A stretch of 64,000 bases of DNA from an uncultured Candidatus Saccharibacteria bacterium (GCA_964552045.1 CAZKFF010000001.1:64120-128119), one strand, 5' to 3'. Positions 8,863-18,942 are shown, counted from the first letter of the stretch. Numbers and translations: made by a program. The notes: generated from the sequence alone by a model not told the origin.

Positions 8863-9768
8863 CTACTTCCTGCTATTGTTTGCAACAAGCATCGTCACCG
8901 CCTTGGTCACAATGGGCAGAATGTCCTCATAGAAATTGAGATCGAGTATCTCGGCAACCTTGAACCATTTCGCGTCATCAAGGCCACCTTTATTCTCCAA
9001 AGTAAGCTCAGTATATCCGCTTCGGGCGAGGAAATACGTGACCTGCTTCCGCACTTTGCCGAGTTCTGGGTGCGATGCCACGTATTCATTCTTGCCAAGT
9101 TCACCTTCGAGGATAACATCGACGCCGATCTCTTCTTTGATCTCACGCATGGCGCCGGCCTCGACTGTTTCACCCTCCTCGATCTTCCCCTTTGAGAGAG
9201 TCCAGTGTCCGAAGATATCGTGAACCAGAGCCAGATAGATGTCACCATCAGACTCCGAATACACCACAGCACCCGACAGACGTTGTATCGGCATCTTTTC
9301 AAAAGGAATATCCTTCCGCGGCCGTTTGCCCGTCTCATCCTTCCCCGGCTCGCCTATCTCCTTATACACTGCACCGAGCACGCCGTTGACGAACCGGCTG
9401 CTGTTCTCGCCGCCGAACTGTTTTGCAAGTTCTATTGCTTCGTTGATGGCGACCTTCGCAGGCACCTCTTTCCGGTCAGCAAAAAGAAGCTCGTAGAGTC
9501 CCAAGCGCAATATATTTCTATCTACCGGTGAAATACGGTCAATGGGCCACTCGGGAGCAGCCTTTTCGATCACCTGGTCGAGTTCCGGCTGCTTGCCAAG
9601 TACGCCGTCAAGAAGCTTCTCAATAAACGGTGCGTCGGTCTTGTTCGGGGCAAACTCGGATATGTTGCGTTCCAAAACGTCTGCTACGCCCTTCTTTTCA
9701 ATATCATTTAAATCCCACTCAAAAAGTGTCTGAAGAACGATAGACCTGCTTAAATGTCGATTTGCCAT
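8863..9768 (-). CDS. nusB: NusB antitermination factor fused to a C-terminal NUDIX hydrolase domain
   Basis: N-terminal about 140 aa are NusB-like (ends ...RFVNGVLGAVYKE). The C-terminal half carries the Nudix box GKIEEGETVEAGAMREIKEEIGV. Confidence 0.8.
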   Translation of the reverse strand: MANRHLSRSIVLQTLFEWDLNDIEKKGVADVLERNISEFAPNKTDAPFIEKLLDGVLGKQPELDQVIEKAAPEWPIDRISPVDRNILRLGLYELLFADRKEVPAKVAINEAIELAKQFGGENSSRFVNGVLGAVYKEIGEPGKDETGKRPRKDIPFEKMPIQRLSGAVVYSESDGDIYLALVHDIFGHWTLSKGKIEEGETVEAGAMREIKEEIGVDVILEGELGKNEYVASHPELGKVRKQVTYFLARSGYTELTLENKGGLDDAKWFKVAEILDLNFYEDILPIVTKAVTMLVANNSRK

Positions 9769-9819
9769 AAAAAATGTACTAACTTCTACTGAGACCAGTG
9801 TACAACACCCCTCTCAAAC

Positions 9820-9846
9820 AAAAAACCGGCGGGGGCCGGAATTTTG
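9820..9846 (-). terminator. GC hairpin + U-tract after rpmF
   Basis: aaaaaccggc-gggg-gccgg-attttg. Stem ccggc/gccgg. U-run on the minus-strand RNA immediately after the L32 stop. Confidence 0.4.
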
Positions 9847-9855
9847 TGGATTAGG

Positions 9856-10143
9856 TTATTTCGTTTCCTGTGCAGCCGGTTCTTGCGAGACAGTTTCCGC
9901 GTCTGAAGAGCTCTGCGCCCTGATCGCCTCGCGTTTTGCCTGCATCCGTGCATCACGCTTTTCCTTTTGCGCCTTCAGGTCCATTACCTGTCGTCCTTTG
10001 TAAAAGCCGCATTCCAGGCACATGTGATGAGGACGGTGCTGGGCACCGCAGTTTGAACACACAGCCAAAGTAGGGTTCTTCAGCGCATGGTGTGATCGGC
10101 GGTTGCTTGTATGCGCCCGCGTATGTCGCATTCGTATTACCAT
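9856..10143 (-). CDS. rpmF: 50S ribosomal protein L32 with C-terminal basic/acidic extension
   Basis: [53 protein letters not shown]. Zn-ribbon CxxC...CxxC typical of L32. ATG at 10141-10143. Confidence 0.75.
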   Translation of the reverse strand: MVIRMRHTRAHTSNRRSHHALKNPTLAVCSNCGAQHRPHHMCLECGFYKGRQVMDLKAQKEKRDARMQAKREAIRAQSSSDAETVSQEPAAQETK

Positions 10144-10234
10144 AGTGGGCGCAACTATAGCAGACAAAGGCTTTTTTGGCAATAAGAAAGGGCGCCAAGC
10201 GTCGGCGCCCCCTGCTTGATGCACAATCGGGAAG

Positions 10235-10525
10235 CTATTTCCCGTGGAATTGCTGCTCGCGCAACTCCGGAAGATTGGACGTGAGCGCAAGTTTCCGGTA
10301 TACACCCAGATCTTCTTGACTGCACGACATCACGAGACAAGCCGCCGCAATGCCGTGGTTCTCACAGTATTGGGCAAGTTGTTCCCGGCTCTCCTCCTTG
10401 ATGGTGTTTGTGCCATCACTTTTTGCTTGTGACAAGACTGTACCTCTTCGATTCTGTAGAAAATTGAAACGCTCTTTTGCGTTCCTCCCACACCCCCTGA
10501 TGTGGCTTCCCATACTGTACCACAC
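10235..10525 (-). CDS. hypothetical protein (96 aa) between rnhB and rpmF
   Basis: Protein-like composition in an operon position. No recognisable motif. Might correspond to the YceD/DUF177 slot upstream of rpmF, but it is much shorter than that family. Confidence 0.3.
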   Translation of the reverse strand: MWYSMGSHIRGCGRNAKERFNFLQNRRGTVLSQAKSDGTNTIKEESREQLAQYCENHGIAAACLVMSCSQEDLGVYRKLALTSNLPELREQQFHGK

Positions 10526-10527
10526 AT

Positions 10528-11139
10528 TCAGCTCCCTATCAATTTCTGACAGTAACTTTTTCTGTGCACGTCAGAAACCCCGAGGGTAAGGATGAGCTTC
10601 CGATGATGCGCGGTGCCGTAGCCCTTATGCTGCTCGAAGCAATACGGAGCATATGCGGCACGAGCGGACAATCGGGACATGTGTCGGTCACGGGTCACTT
10701 TGGCGGCGATCGAAGCGAGGCCGATCACTTTCTCCTGTGCGTCGCCGCCGATGATGGTTTCCTGGTACAAAAACTCTTCCGGGGCTCGAAGCGAGCCATC
10801 GAGCTTCACCTGGCAAAATGCTTCCTCAAAGTGAAGCTCGCTTTTGAGTTTATGGAGCGCGATCCGCATCGCTTTGCGGACAGACGGGACGATGCCGATA
10901 GCATCAATGGAAGCCGCGCTGACCATCGCCACGGCAAACGCAAGTTTCCGTTCCTGCTGCAGTACGCACGCCTGTCTAAAAATCTCTTCTCGCTTCTGAG
11001 GCGTAAGTTTTTTTGAATCATCAACGCCCGGGATATGGCTCCAATTGAAGTCCGGAGAGACACAGACCACGCCGACAGCAACCGGGCCCGCTAATGGGCC
11101 GCGCCCAGCCTCGTCTATGCCAATGAGCCATTTTTGCAT
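10528..11139 (-). CDS. rnhB: ribonuclease HII
   Basis: IGIDEAGRGPLAGPVAVGVV catalytic N-terminal motif. ATG at 11137-11139; the ORF track extends further upstream. Confidence 0.85.
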   Translation of the reverse strand: MQKWLIGIDEAGRGPLAGPVAVGVVCVSPDFNWSHIPGVDDSKKLTPQKREEIFRQACVLQQERKLAFAVAMVSAASIDAIGIVPSVRKAMRIALHKLKSELHFEEAFCQVKLDGSLRAPEEFLYQETIIGGDAQEKVIGLASIAAKVTRDRHMSRLSARAAYAPYCFEQHKGYGTAHHRKLILTLGVSDVHRKSYCQKLIGS

Positions 11140-11170
11140 GTAGATAACTATACCAAGGATTTTTGATATA

Positions 11171-14100
11171 ATGGCCATATTCATGTCCCCCAAGCCCATC
11201 GAGTCCGAATTCGTCCATCTGCACGTGCATTCGCACTATTCCCTTCTTAATGCGATCCCGACTCCCAAAGAGCTCGCACAGGCGGCAAAGGAAGACGACC
11301 AGCAGGCACTTGCATTGACCGACGCCGGAGCGCTGTATGGCATCATCGACTTCTATAAAGCGTGTGCCAAAGAGGAGATCAGGCCTATCATTGGTCTTGA
11401 TGCGTTCCTCGCACCGCGGACACGCTTTGATAAGGAGCCGCTCGACAAACCGCGCGCTCGTCTGGTTTTGCTCGCAGAGAACGACGCAGGCTACAAGAAC
11501 CTCATCAAACTGGTCACGCTCTCGAACATTGAAGGCTTCTACTACCGCCCCCGTCTGGACCGCGAACTGCTGCAAACATATGCAAACGGGCTGTTCTGTC
11601 TGATCCCTTCATTCGCCGGAGAGACGTCTCAGCACTTGAAGAACAACGATCTCGAAAAAGCACAGGCCGATGCGGATTGGTACAAGAGTGTCTTCGGCGA
11701 TCACTGCTATCTTGAGATCACGCACCACCCCGAGATGCTCGAACATCAGGAACTGCAGGAGAAAATACGTGGGTTGAGCGAACGGTCCCGTATTCCGCTT
11801 GTTGCAGCGCACGATGTCTATTACCTCAACAAAGACGACGCCACCGCGCGTGAGGTGATGATCAAGATCCAGAACGGCGGCAGTGTTGACCCGCACGAAG
11901 AGCGCAGCGAGGATTTCTCGTTCATCACGCAGACGCAGGCAAAAGAATATTTCACAGACGTCCCCGAAGCGCTGCAGAATACCGTACGTATTGCAGAACA
12001 GTGTTTTGTCGATATCCCGATCGGTACAAAGTGGTACTTTCCCAACTACATCATTGAGAGCGGCAAAAAAGCAGACGAGGAGCTTCGTGAACGTGCATAC
12101 AAAGGAGTCGCCTGGCGCGGACATGACATCAATGACCCCGCCATCAAGGAGCGCCTCGACTACGAACTTGAGGTCATCAAGAACAAAGGCTATGCGAAGT
12201 ACTTTTTGACTGTAAGCGACCTGCTGCGTGAGGCGCGCGAACGAAAGATCCTCACCACCATTCGCGGATCAGTTGCCGGTTCGTATGCCACGTACGTGCT
12301 CGGCATCACGAACGTAGATCCACTTGAATATAAGCTCCCCTTTGAGCGTTTCTTGAACCCTGAGCGTCCTTCAGCGCCTGACGTCGATATGGACTACGCC
12401 GATAATCGGCGCGATGAGATCATCGAATACGCGAAGCAGAAGTACGGCGAAGATAAAGTGGCCCAGATCGGCACGTTCGGAACAATGATGGCTCGCGCGG
12501 CAGTGCGCGATGTTGCGCGCGCATTGGGCCATCCCTATTCGGTTGGCGACCGCATCGCAAAGCTCATTCCAATGGGAAGCCAGGGATTCCCGATGACGAT
12601 CAAACGCGCTCTGGAGATCGAACCGGAACTGAAAAAACTCTACAAGGCAGACAGCGAATCCCGCGATGTGCTTGACCTCGCACAGAAGATCGAAGGGCGC
12701 GCACGGCACGTGGGCGTGCATGCAGCTGGTGTGGTGATTGCACCCGAGCCATTGGACCAGTTTGTTCCTATACAACTCGATACCAAAACCGGCAAATACA
12801 TCACACAATATGAGATGCGCTCTGTCGGCGAAGACGGGGTCGGTCTCCTTAAGTTCGACTTCCTTGGCATCAAGAATCTCTCCATTCTGGCTGACGCCGT
12901 CAAACGCGTGAAGGCTATCCGCAATATTGATGTCGATATCGAAGACATCCCGCTTGATGATCCGAAGACGTTCAAGATGCTCGCCGCCGGGGAGACGATG
13001 GGGCTGTTCCAGCTCAACGGCTCAGGCATGACTGCATTCCTCAAGCAACTGCAGCCGTCATCGATTCATGACATCAACGCTATGGTCGCCCTGTATCGTC
13101 CGGGCCCGATGGAATCGATCCCGCAGTATATTGAGCGCAAGCACAACGCGAACCTCATCACCTATCTTGACCCGCGCCTGCAGAAGATACTCGACCGTTC
13201 GTACGGGGTGATCACCTATCAGGATGACGTCATGATGATCTCGATCGAGCTCGCCGGTTATTCATGGCTCGACGCCGACAAGCTCCGCAAAGCCATGGGG
13301 AAGAAGATTCCCGAGGTGATGGAGGCGGAAAAGGAGAAACTCATGAAAGGTTTTCTCGAATACGGGAAGCTCTCTCCTTCTGTTGCTGACAAGCTCTGGA
13401 GGCTCATCGAGCCATTTGCCGCGTATGGATTCAACAAAGCACATGCGGCCAGCTACGGACGGGTTGCATACCAGACCGCGTACATGAAAGCGAACTATCC
13501 CGAGGAGTATATGTCTGCGGTACTCACTGCCGACTCCGGAGATACGGAGAAGATCGCCGAGATCATCCACGAATGCGAACGCATGGGTATTGAGGTGCTG
13601 CCGCCGGATATCAACGAGAGCTTTGCAGCTTTCTCTGTGATACCCAACACGCAAAAGATACGCTTCGGCCTGACGACCATCAAGAATTTTGGCGCCGGAA
13701 TCGCAGAAGCGATCATTTCGGAACGCAAAGAGAATGGACCATTTGCTTCCCTCTCTGACTTCCTGACGCGCGTCCATGACAAAAATCTCAACAAGAAATC
13801 ACTTGAGGCGCTCATTATGGCGGGAGCATTCGACCGCTTTGAGGTGCGCGGCAAGATGTATGAGAACCTCGACACGCTCCTTGCGTTCAATAAGGAGCAC
13901 GTTGCCGGAAAGGAAGCAAACCAGGATTCGCTCTTCGGCGGACTTACCACCGCCATCAATATGCTTGTGCTTGCTGATGCTCCTGATGTGTCGCTTGAAC
14001 AGAAACTTTTGTGGGAAAAGGAGCTTTTGGGCGTGTATGTCTCCGGGCATCCGCTTGATCGGTTCAAAGAAGAGCTTTCCAAACGCTCGACCATACAGCA

Positions 14101-14404
14101 GATAAAGAATGACGGACGCAATGGCATTCCGGTAGTCACTGCCGGCATGATCGAGACAGTACGCGAACTGCTTACAAAGAAAGGAGACCGTATGGCCTTC
14201 ATTCAACTATCGAACCACGATGACACCATTGAGATGGTCGCATTTCCTGAGGTATTCCAGGCAAACCGCGAATTTCTTACGCCCGGCTCCTGTGTTGCAG
14301 TCAAAGGCAAGCTCAATATCCGTAATGATGAGCCAAGTATACTCGTTGATAAACTCAAGCTCCTCGGAGCCTCTCCAGTTGACGCAACACCTGAAACCGC
14401 CTAA
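11171..14404 (+). CDS. dnaE: DNA polymerase III alpha subunit
   Basis: 1077 aa. PHP domain start HLHVHSHYSLL. Conserved polymerase core (GLLKFDFLGIKNL, ITYQDDVMM). C-terminal OB region. An alternative start lies at 11183. Confidence 0.9.
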   Translation: MAIFMSPKPIESEFVHLHVHSHYSLLNAIPTPKELAQAAKEDDQQALALTDAGALYGIIDFYKACAKEEIRPIIGLDAFLAPRTRFDKEPLDKPRARLVLLAENDAGYKNLIKLVTLSNIEGFYYRPRLDRELLQTYANGLFCLIPSFAGETSQHLKNNDLEKAQADADWYKSVFGDHCYLEITHHPEMLEHQELQEKIRGLSERSRIPLVAAHDVYYLNKDDATAREVMIKIQNGGSVDPHEERSEDFSFITQTQAKEYFTDVPEALQNTVRIAEQCFVDIPIGTKWYFPNYIIESGKKADEELRERAYKGVAWRGHDINDPAIKERLDYELEVIKNKGYAKYFLTVSDLLREARERKILTTIRGSVAGSYATYVLGITNVDPLEYKLPFERFLNPERPSAPDVDMDYADNRRDEIIEYAKQKYGEDKVAQIGTFGTMMARAAVRDVARALGHPYSVGDRIAKLIPMGSQGFPMTIKRALEIEPELKKLYKADSESRDVLDLAQKIEGRARHVGVHAAGVVIAPEPLDQFVPIQLDTKTGKYITQYEMRSVGEDGVGLLKFDFLGIKNLSILADAVKRVKAIRNIDVDIEDIPLDDPKTFKMLAAGETMGLFQLNGSGMTAFLKQLQPSSIHDINAMVALYRPGPMESIPQYIERKHNANLITYLDPRLQKILDRSYGVITYQDDVMMISIELAGYSWLDADKLRKAMGKKIPEVMEAEKEKLMKGFLEYGKLSPSVADKLWRLIEPFAAYGFNKAHAASYGRVAYQTAYMKANYPEEYMSAVLTADSGDTEKIAEIIHECERMGIEVLPPDINESFAAFSVIPNTQKIRFGLTTIKNFGAGIAEAIISERKENGPFASLSDFLTRVHDKNLNKKSLEALIMAGAFDRFEVRGKMYENLDTLLAFNKEHVAGKEANQDSLFGGLTTAINMLVLADAPDVSLEQKLLWEKELLGVYVSGHPLDRFKEELSKRSTIQQIKNDGRNGIPVVTAGMIETVRELLTKKGDRMAFIQLSNHDDTIEMVAFPEVFQANREFLTPGSCVAVKGKLNIRNDEPSILVDKLKLLGASPVDATPETA

Positions 14405-14431
14405 AGTACCAGGGAAACACGGAGGCCAAGA

Positions 14432-14626
14432 ATGGTTTCGAAGGGTGTAATAAGACAGATTGAGGAACTGGTCGCCCATCAATTGCCGGAACTTGAGAAG
14501 CTTGAGGCTCTCTATGCACAGGTTTTCTGTATAGAGATCATTGCTGAAGGAAAGACACCTTCTAAGGAAGGGCTTCCTTCACTTGGAGAACAACGGAGCT
14601 CCGTGAAAAGCTCAACGAACTCTTGA
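14432..14626 (+). CDS. small hypothetical protein (64 aa)
   Basis: GGAGG RBS 7 nt upstream of the ATG. Sits between dnaE and a terminator. No known domain. Confidence 0.35.
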   Translation: MVSKGVIRQIEELVAHQLPELEKLEALYAQVFCIEIIAEGKTPSKEGLPSLGEQRSSVKSSTNS

Positions 14627-14717
14627 GTACCCCATACGTCATAGAAACGCTTTTGGTTCTGTTGCCGACACTCATTGATGTCAAAAAGCGCGGATCGGGA
14701 GGTTCTTGAAATCTCAC

Positions 14718-14745
14718 CCCGGCACCTACGGTGCCGGGTTTTTTG
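14718..14745 (+). terminator. intrinsic terminator of the dnaE transcription unit
   Basis: cccggcacc-tac-ggtgccggg perfect 9-bp stem, followed by tttttt. Confidence 0.65.
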
Positions 14746-14763
14746 AATAGTTGACCTATGGTA

Positions 14764-15522
14764 TTAAAATTTCAGAGAATTCAATATCTTTTCAGTCACC
14801 GAGACATCTCCGCTTATGTGCCACATAGTCAAGCCACTACCGTTAACAAACAGATGATATTTTAAAGTATCACCCACACATTCCTCACATTCCTTCTCAG
14901 TTATATCATTTCCCTTTGCATCAAACAGAGCCGGGCTAGTGATTTGCTTTAGCAAATTTACTCCATTTTCAAGAGTGATATAAACACTATATTTGGGAAT
15001 TTCTTTAAAAGTAATAATGCCATATTTAGAACTCTCCCCCGCTAGAGATGTTCTTTCTTTTTCAAAATCTTTTAACGAAGTTATTTCTGAATAGCCGACC
15101 CCACATGGCGTGTTTGGCGTACAGATTTTCACAGCATATTTTTTTGAATTGCTGCTATCTCGAAGAATAACATCACCTTCTTTGCTGACTTCCAATTCTT
15201 TCGGATACATGAAGCTAAAACCATACTGTTCATCAGTATATGTTTCTGTAAGAGGACCGTATGAGATAGGCTGCTTTTTGGTTGCAGACTCTACCGGTGC
15301 AGCTGCTTCTTGTGTCACCTCAAGTTCGCTGCATGGTGTTGTTGTTGCAGTCAGGTCGCAGTCAGGTTGCATTTGATTTTCTGGAACAGTTGCATCTGGA
15401 GTAGATATAAATGGCAGCATACGGACAAGATCATAGCCAAATGCAGATGAAACTGAGAAAGCAACCGCAACAATTACAACAATCGCGATGAGTAATGCGA
15501 TTATTTTTTTGTTTGATTTCAT
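14764..15522 (-). CDS. membrane-anchored secreted hypothetical protein (AT-rich islet)
   Basis: Start MKSNKKIIALLIAIVVIVAVAF (signal anchor). Cys-containing extracellular region. Local GC is much lower than the flanks. Confidence 0.55.
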   Translation of the reverse strand: MKSNKKIIALLIAIVVIVAVAFSVSSAFGYDLVRMLPFISTPDATVPENQMQPDCDLTATTTPCSELEVTQEAAAPVESATKKQPISYGPLTETYTDEQYGFSFMYPKELEVSKEGDVILRDSSNSKKYAVKICTPNTPCGVGYSEITSLKDFEKERTSLAGESSKYGIITFKEIPKYSVYITLENGVNLLKQITSPALFDAKGNDITEKECEECVGDTLKYHLFVNGSGLTMWHISGDVSVTEKILNSLKF

Positions 15523-15578
15523 ATAGGTGCATTTTATCATGCATCTATTGAATTTAATTGACAAAACTGGAGAAGCTC

Positions 15579-16814
15579 ATGCATAAAAAGATCCAAGTGT
15601 TACGATTAATGTGTATGAACCACTCTAAAATTTTTCTTCTCCTAAGTCTTTTAGTTACATTTATTTCTCAATCCGCACATGCAGAAAATGTCTACTACCA
15701 ACCCACTCCTTACGCGACGACCACAACGAACGGTGTGCACCTATATGACGGCTGGGTACCTAGCGTTTTTTATGGAAAAAAATTTATCCAAGATGAGAAG
15801 CTGAGAACCGGTGGCTGGGGCGATACATACCGTACATATCTTAACTTTGATCTTGAAGGTCTCCCAACAAATGTTTCAACAACAACCCTCTGGCTTACGC
15901 CATATTTTGATGGTGCTGGTGCAACTACCACCTCACTGGATATATATAGAGTAACAAGTAGCTGGTCCCCCACTATGACCTGGACTACACAACCTTCATT
16001 AAGCTATGTCGGGCAACTCGGAAGACCTGAATACAATATCCCTTGGGGCATAAACATATCGAGTTTGTATACTAACTGGAAGAATGGTACTTATTCGAAT
16101 TATGGGTTAATGCTAAACCCAGATTTAACCAACAATAAATTTAGTGTTTTTCGTTCTTCGAGATATACAACTGATGAAGAAGATCGGCCCATGTTGCAAT
16201 TTGATTTCACTCCACCGGTTACTATTCCCGATTTTAAGATTCCTCTACCTGGAGATCTCTCATGGTTAGTTACTAACGAGACTGGCGGCTATCGTTGCCT
16301 AAACGATGGACAAACTATATCTCACACCAACAATAATTATTTCTCCATAGACTTTGACGATCTAAACAAAGATGGGAGCGGCAACCCACAGACGACTTTC
16401 ACTATAGGAAGCACAAGTACCACTTCAGTTCCAATTCTTGCTGCTGCAGATGGGAAGGTAGTTGAACGAGGTACGAATGAGAATGTGCCCAATGGTTATT
16501 ATTTGGTGTTGGATCATGACACTGACTATGATGCCGATACTGGCTTTACAACAAGGTATTTACATCTGGCATATCCTCCAGAAGTCGCTATAAACGATAC
16601 TGTTTTACAAGGTGATTTGCTTGGTTATTTAGGTAACACTGGATCAAGTACAGGTTCACATCTACACTTTGGACTTCGATATGAAAACGATGGTACAAGT
16701 TCCTCAAATGTTCAATATGCAACTATTGAAAGCTGGCTCACTAAAGGAATTCAGACCGAATGTACTAGCGTAATACTAAATCGTTATTATCTATCCTCAA
16801 ATCAGGCTTACTAG
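15579..16814 (+). CDS. secreted peptidase M23 (LytM-type) with N-terminal DNRLRE-like domain
   Basis: Signal peptide ...MNHSKIFLLLSLLVTFISQSAHA. N-domain motifs YRTYLNFDLEGLP and VTSSWSPTMTWTTQP resemble the DNRLRE domain. C-terminal M23 active-site block LGYLGNTGSSTGSHLHFGLRY. GGAG RBS precedes the ATG at 15579. Confidence 0.75.
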   Translation: MHKKIQVLRLMCMNHSKIFLLLSLLVTFISQSAHAENVYYQPTPYATTTTNGVHLYDGWVPSVFYGKKFIQDEKLRTGGWGDTYRTYLNFDLEGLPTNVSTTTLWLTPYFDGAGATTTSLDIYRVTSSWSPTMTWTTQPSLSYVGQLGRPEYNIPWGINISSLYTNWKNGTYSNYGLMLNPDLTNNKFSVFRSSRYTTDEEDRPMLQFDFTPPVTIPDFKIPLPGDLSWLVTNETGGYRCLNDGQTISHTNNNYFSIDFDDLNKDGSGNPQTTFTIGSTSTTSVPILAAADGKVVERGTNENVPNGYYLVLDHDTDYDADTGFTTRYLHLAYPPEVAINDTVLQGDLLGYLGNTGSSTGSHLHFGLRYENDGTSSSNVQYATIESWLTKGIQTECTSVILNRYYLSSNQAY

Positions 16815-16879
16815 ACGATTCGATAGTGAAGTTGACTTAATAGCTGACCTTACGCTAGGATGTAGTGACCCAGAGATTG

Positions 16880-17050
16880 TGGTGGCTACCAACCGCCAGT
16901 GCGCATGCACGTGTTATCTGATCTGGAACAGCAAAGTGCCATGCAGTATACCTGCATGGAAGCCCGGTGGAACCGCGGTACTCACGAAAGTGAAGATCGT
17001 CCGAGCGAACACACGAACTATCGTGTAGTCGCTTGGGCGATTTATTTTTA
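16880..17050 (+). promoter_or_regulatory. candidate thrS leader with T-box-like motif
   Basis: GGTGGAACCGCGG at 16967-16979 is one mismatch from the T-box core GGUGGUACCGCGG. An upstream stem contains an ACC (Thr) triplet in gctACCAacc. A weak hairpin tcgcttgggcga plus TTTATTTTT sits at 17029-17049. Weak, unconfirmed. Confidence 0.25.
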
Positions 17051-17068
17051 TTACTTAATGCAATACAC

Positions 17069-18817
17069 ATGTCAGAACAACTTCAAAACAAACGCCATAC
17101 GCTCGCGCACCTGCTGGCTGCAGCGGTTGTAGAGCAGTATCCGCATGCAAAACTGACTCTTGGTCCGGCGATCGATACCGGCTTCTATTACGACATTGAT
17201 TTTTCGGGTGGCCCCGCCCTCACCGACGATGGTCTCAAGGAGATTGAGAAGCGTATGAAGAAGCTCCTCAACTCATGGACGGAATTCACCCATAGAGAAG
17301 TGGCAAAAGAAGAGGCCACAGCTCTTTTTGCAGGGAATCCGTATAAGATTGAACTCATCGAAGAGATCGCGCAGAAAGGCGAAACGATCACGTTGTACAC
17401 CTGCGGAGGCTTCACCGACCTGTGCCGCGGAGGGCACAGCCAGCACCCGAACAAGGATATACACGCTGATGCGTTCACACTCGACAAAGTGGCGGGAGCG
17501 TACTGGCGGGGCGACGAGAAGAATCCGATGCTCACCCGCGTGTACGGGCTCGCATTCGATACGGCAGCAGACCTCCAGGCGTACCAGACACAGTTAGAGG
17601 AAGCAAAGAAACGCGACCACCGCAAGCTCGGCAAGGAACTCGACCTGTTCACCTTCTCTGAGCTTGTCGGCTCTGGTCTGCCGCTGTGGACGCCTAAAGG
17701 CACAGTTGTGCGTCATGAGCTCGATACCTACATCTGGCAGCTGCGGAGCAAGCACGGATATCAGCGGGTCACTATCCCCCATATCACAAAAAAAGACCTC
17801 TACCAGACATCAGGACACTGGGAGAAATTCGCCGATGAACTCTTCCGCATCACCACGCGCGAGGGCAAGGAGTATGCTTTAAAGCCGATGAACTGCCCGC
17901 ACCATACGCAGATCTTCAACCGCACGCCGCACAGCTACCGTGACATGCCGCAGCGCTATGCGGAAACCACTATGGTGTACCGCGACGAACAGTCAGGCGA
18001 GCTCGGCGGCCTTACCCGCGTTCTGTCCATTACGCAGGACGATAGCCACGTCTTCTGCCGGCATACTCAGGTGCGCGAGGAATTCTTCCGTATCTGGGAT
18101 ATCATCGATACTTTCTACGGGACATTCGGATTCAAACTCCGCGTCCGCCTGTCCTTCCACGAACCGACGGAAATGGAAAAGTATCTCGGCACCAAGGAGA
18201 TATGGGACAATGCAGAAAATGCGCTCCGTGAAATCGCACAGGAGCGAAAGGCCGATTATTTCGAAGCGCAGGGAGAAGCAGCTATGTATGGACCCAAGCT
18301 CGATTTCATGGCACAAGATTCCATCGGCCGTGAACACCAGGTTGCGACCATACAGCTTGATATGAACTTGCCTGAGCGCTTCGACCTTTCCTGCATCAAT
18401 GAAGCAGGGCAGAAGGAACGCATCGTCATGATCCACTGCGCCATCATGGGATCGATCGAACGCTTCAGCGCGGTGCTGATCGAACACTTGGGCGGCAATT
18501 TCCCCTTGTGGCTTTCTCCAGTACAGATCGCAGTCATCCCTGTTGCCGACACGCATAGAGCATATGCGCAACAGGTGTACGATAGCCTGAGGGCAGTCGG
18601 CATTCGTGCGACCTTTGATGATTCCAATGAGTCCATGGGAAAGAAGATCCGCAATGCCAAGAAAGAGCGCCTTCCCTACTTCATCGTTATCGGCGACAAG
18701 GAGGTTGCAGCAAAAAACGTCACTCTGGAGTCGCGTAACGGAATCTCAGAACAGGTAGAACTCGGAGTGCTTGGCAACCGCCTCCTTGCAGAAATGAGCG
18801 AAAAGCTTCTTTCATAG
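17069..18817 (+). CDS. thrS: threonyl-tRNA synthetase (no N-terminal TGS domain)
   Basis: Editing domain start HTLAHLLAAAVVEQYPHAKLTLGPAIDTGFYYDIDF. Class II core and anticodon-binding domain. ATG at 17069. Confidence 0.9.
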   Translation: MSEQLQNKRHTLAHLLAAAVVEQYPHAKLTLGPAIDTGFYYDIDFSGGPALTDDGLKEIEKRMKKLLNSWTEFTHREVAKEEATALFAGNPYKIELIEEIAQKGETITLYTCGGFTDLCRGGHSQHPNKDIHADAFTLDKVAGAYWRGDEKNPMLTRVYGLAFDTAADLQAYQTQLEEAKKRDHRKLGKELDLFTFSELVGSGLPLWTPKGTVVRHELDTYIWQLRSKHGYQRVTIPHITKKDLYQTSGHWEKFADELFRITTREGKEYALKPMNCPHHTQIFNRTPHSYRDMPQRYAETTMVYRDEQSGELGGLTRVLSITQDDSHVFCRHTQVREEFFRIWDIIDTFYGTFGFKLRVRLSFHEPTEMEKYLGTKEIWDNAENALREIAQERKADYFEAQGEAAMYGPKLDFMAQDSIGREHQVATIQLDMNLPERFDLSCINEAGQKERIVMIHCAIMGSIERFSAVLIEHLGGNFPLWLSPVQIAVIPVADTHRAYAQQVYDSLRAVGIRATFDDSNESMGKKIRNAKKERLPYFIVIGDKEVAAKNVTLESRNGISEQVELGVLGNRLLAEMSEKLLS

Positions 18818-18942
18818 CAATATTCCAAAATGAAATCTACAGCTCGGCAATTGCAGCAATTGCCGAGTTCTTGTATTTTTAAGAAAGAACACACAGTACG
18901 CAGCAGAGTATATTTCATCACGTACCTCAGAGGGAGGAACCC

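Noticed and set aside
17188-18660. Minus-strand ORFs within thrS (17188..17703, 17993..18571, 18256..18660)
   Set aside because: Antisense to a strongly supported thrS. No independent evidence.
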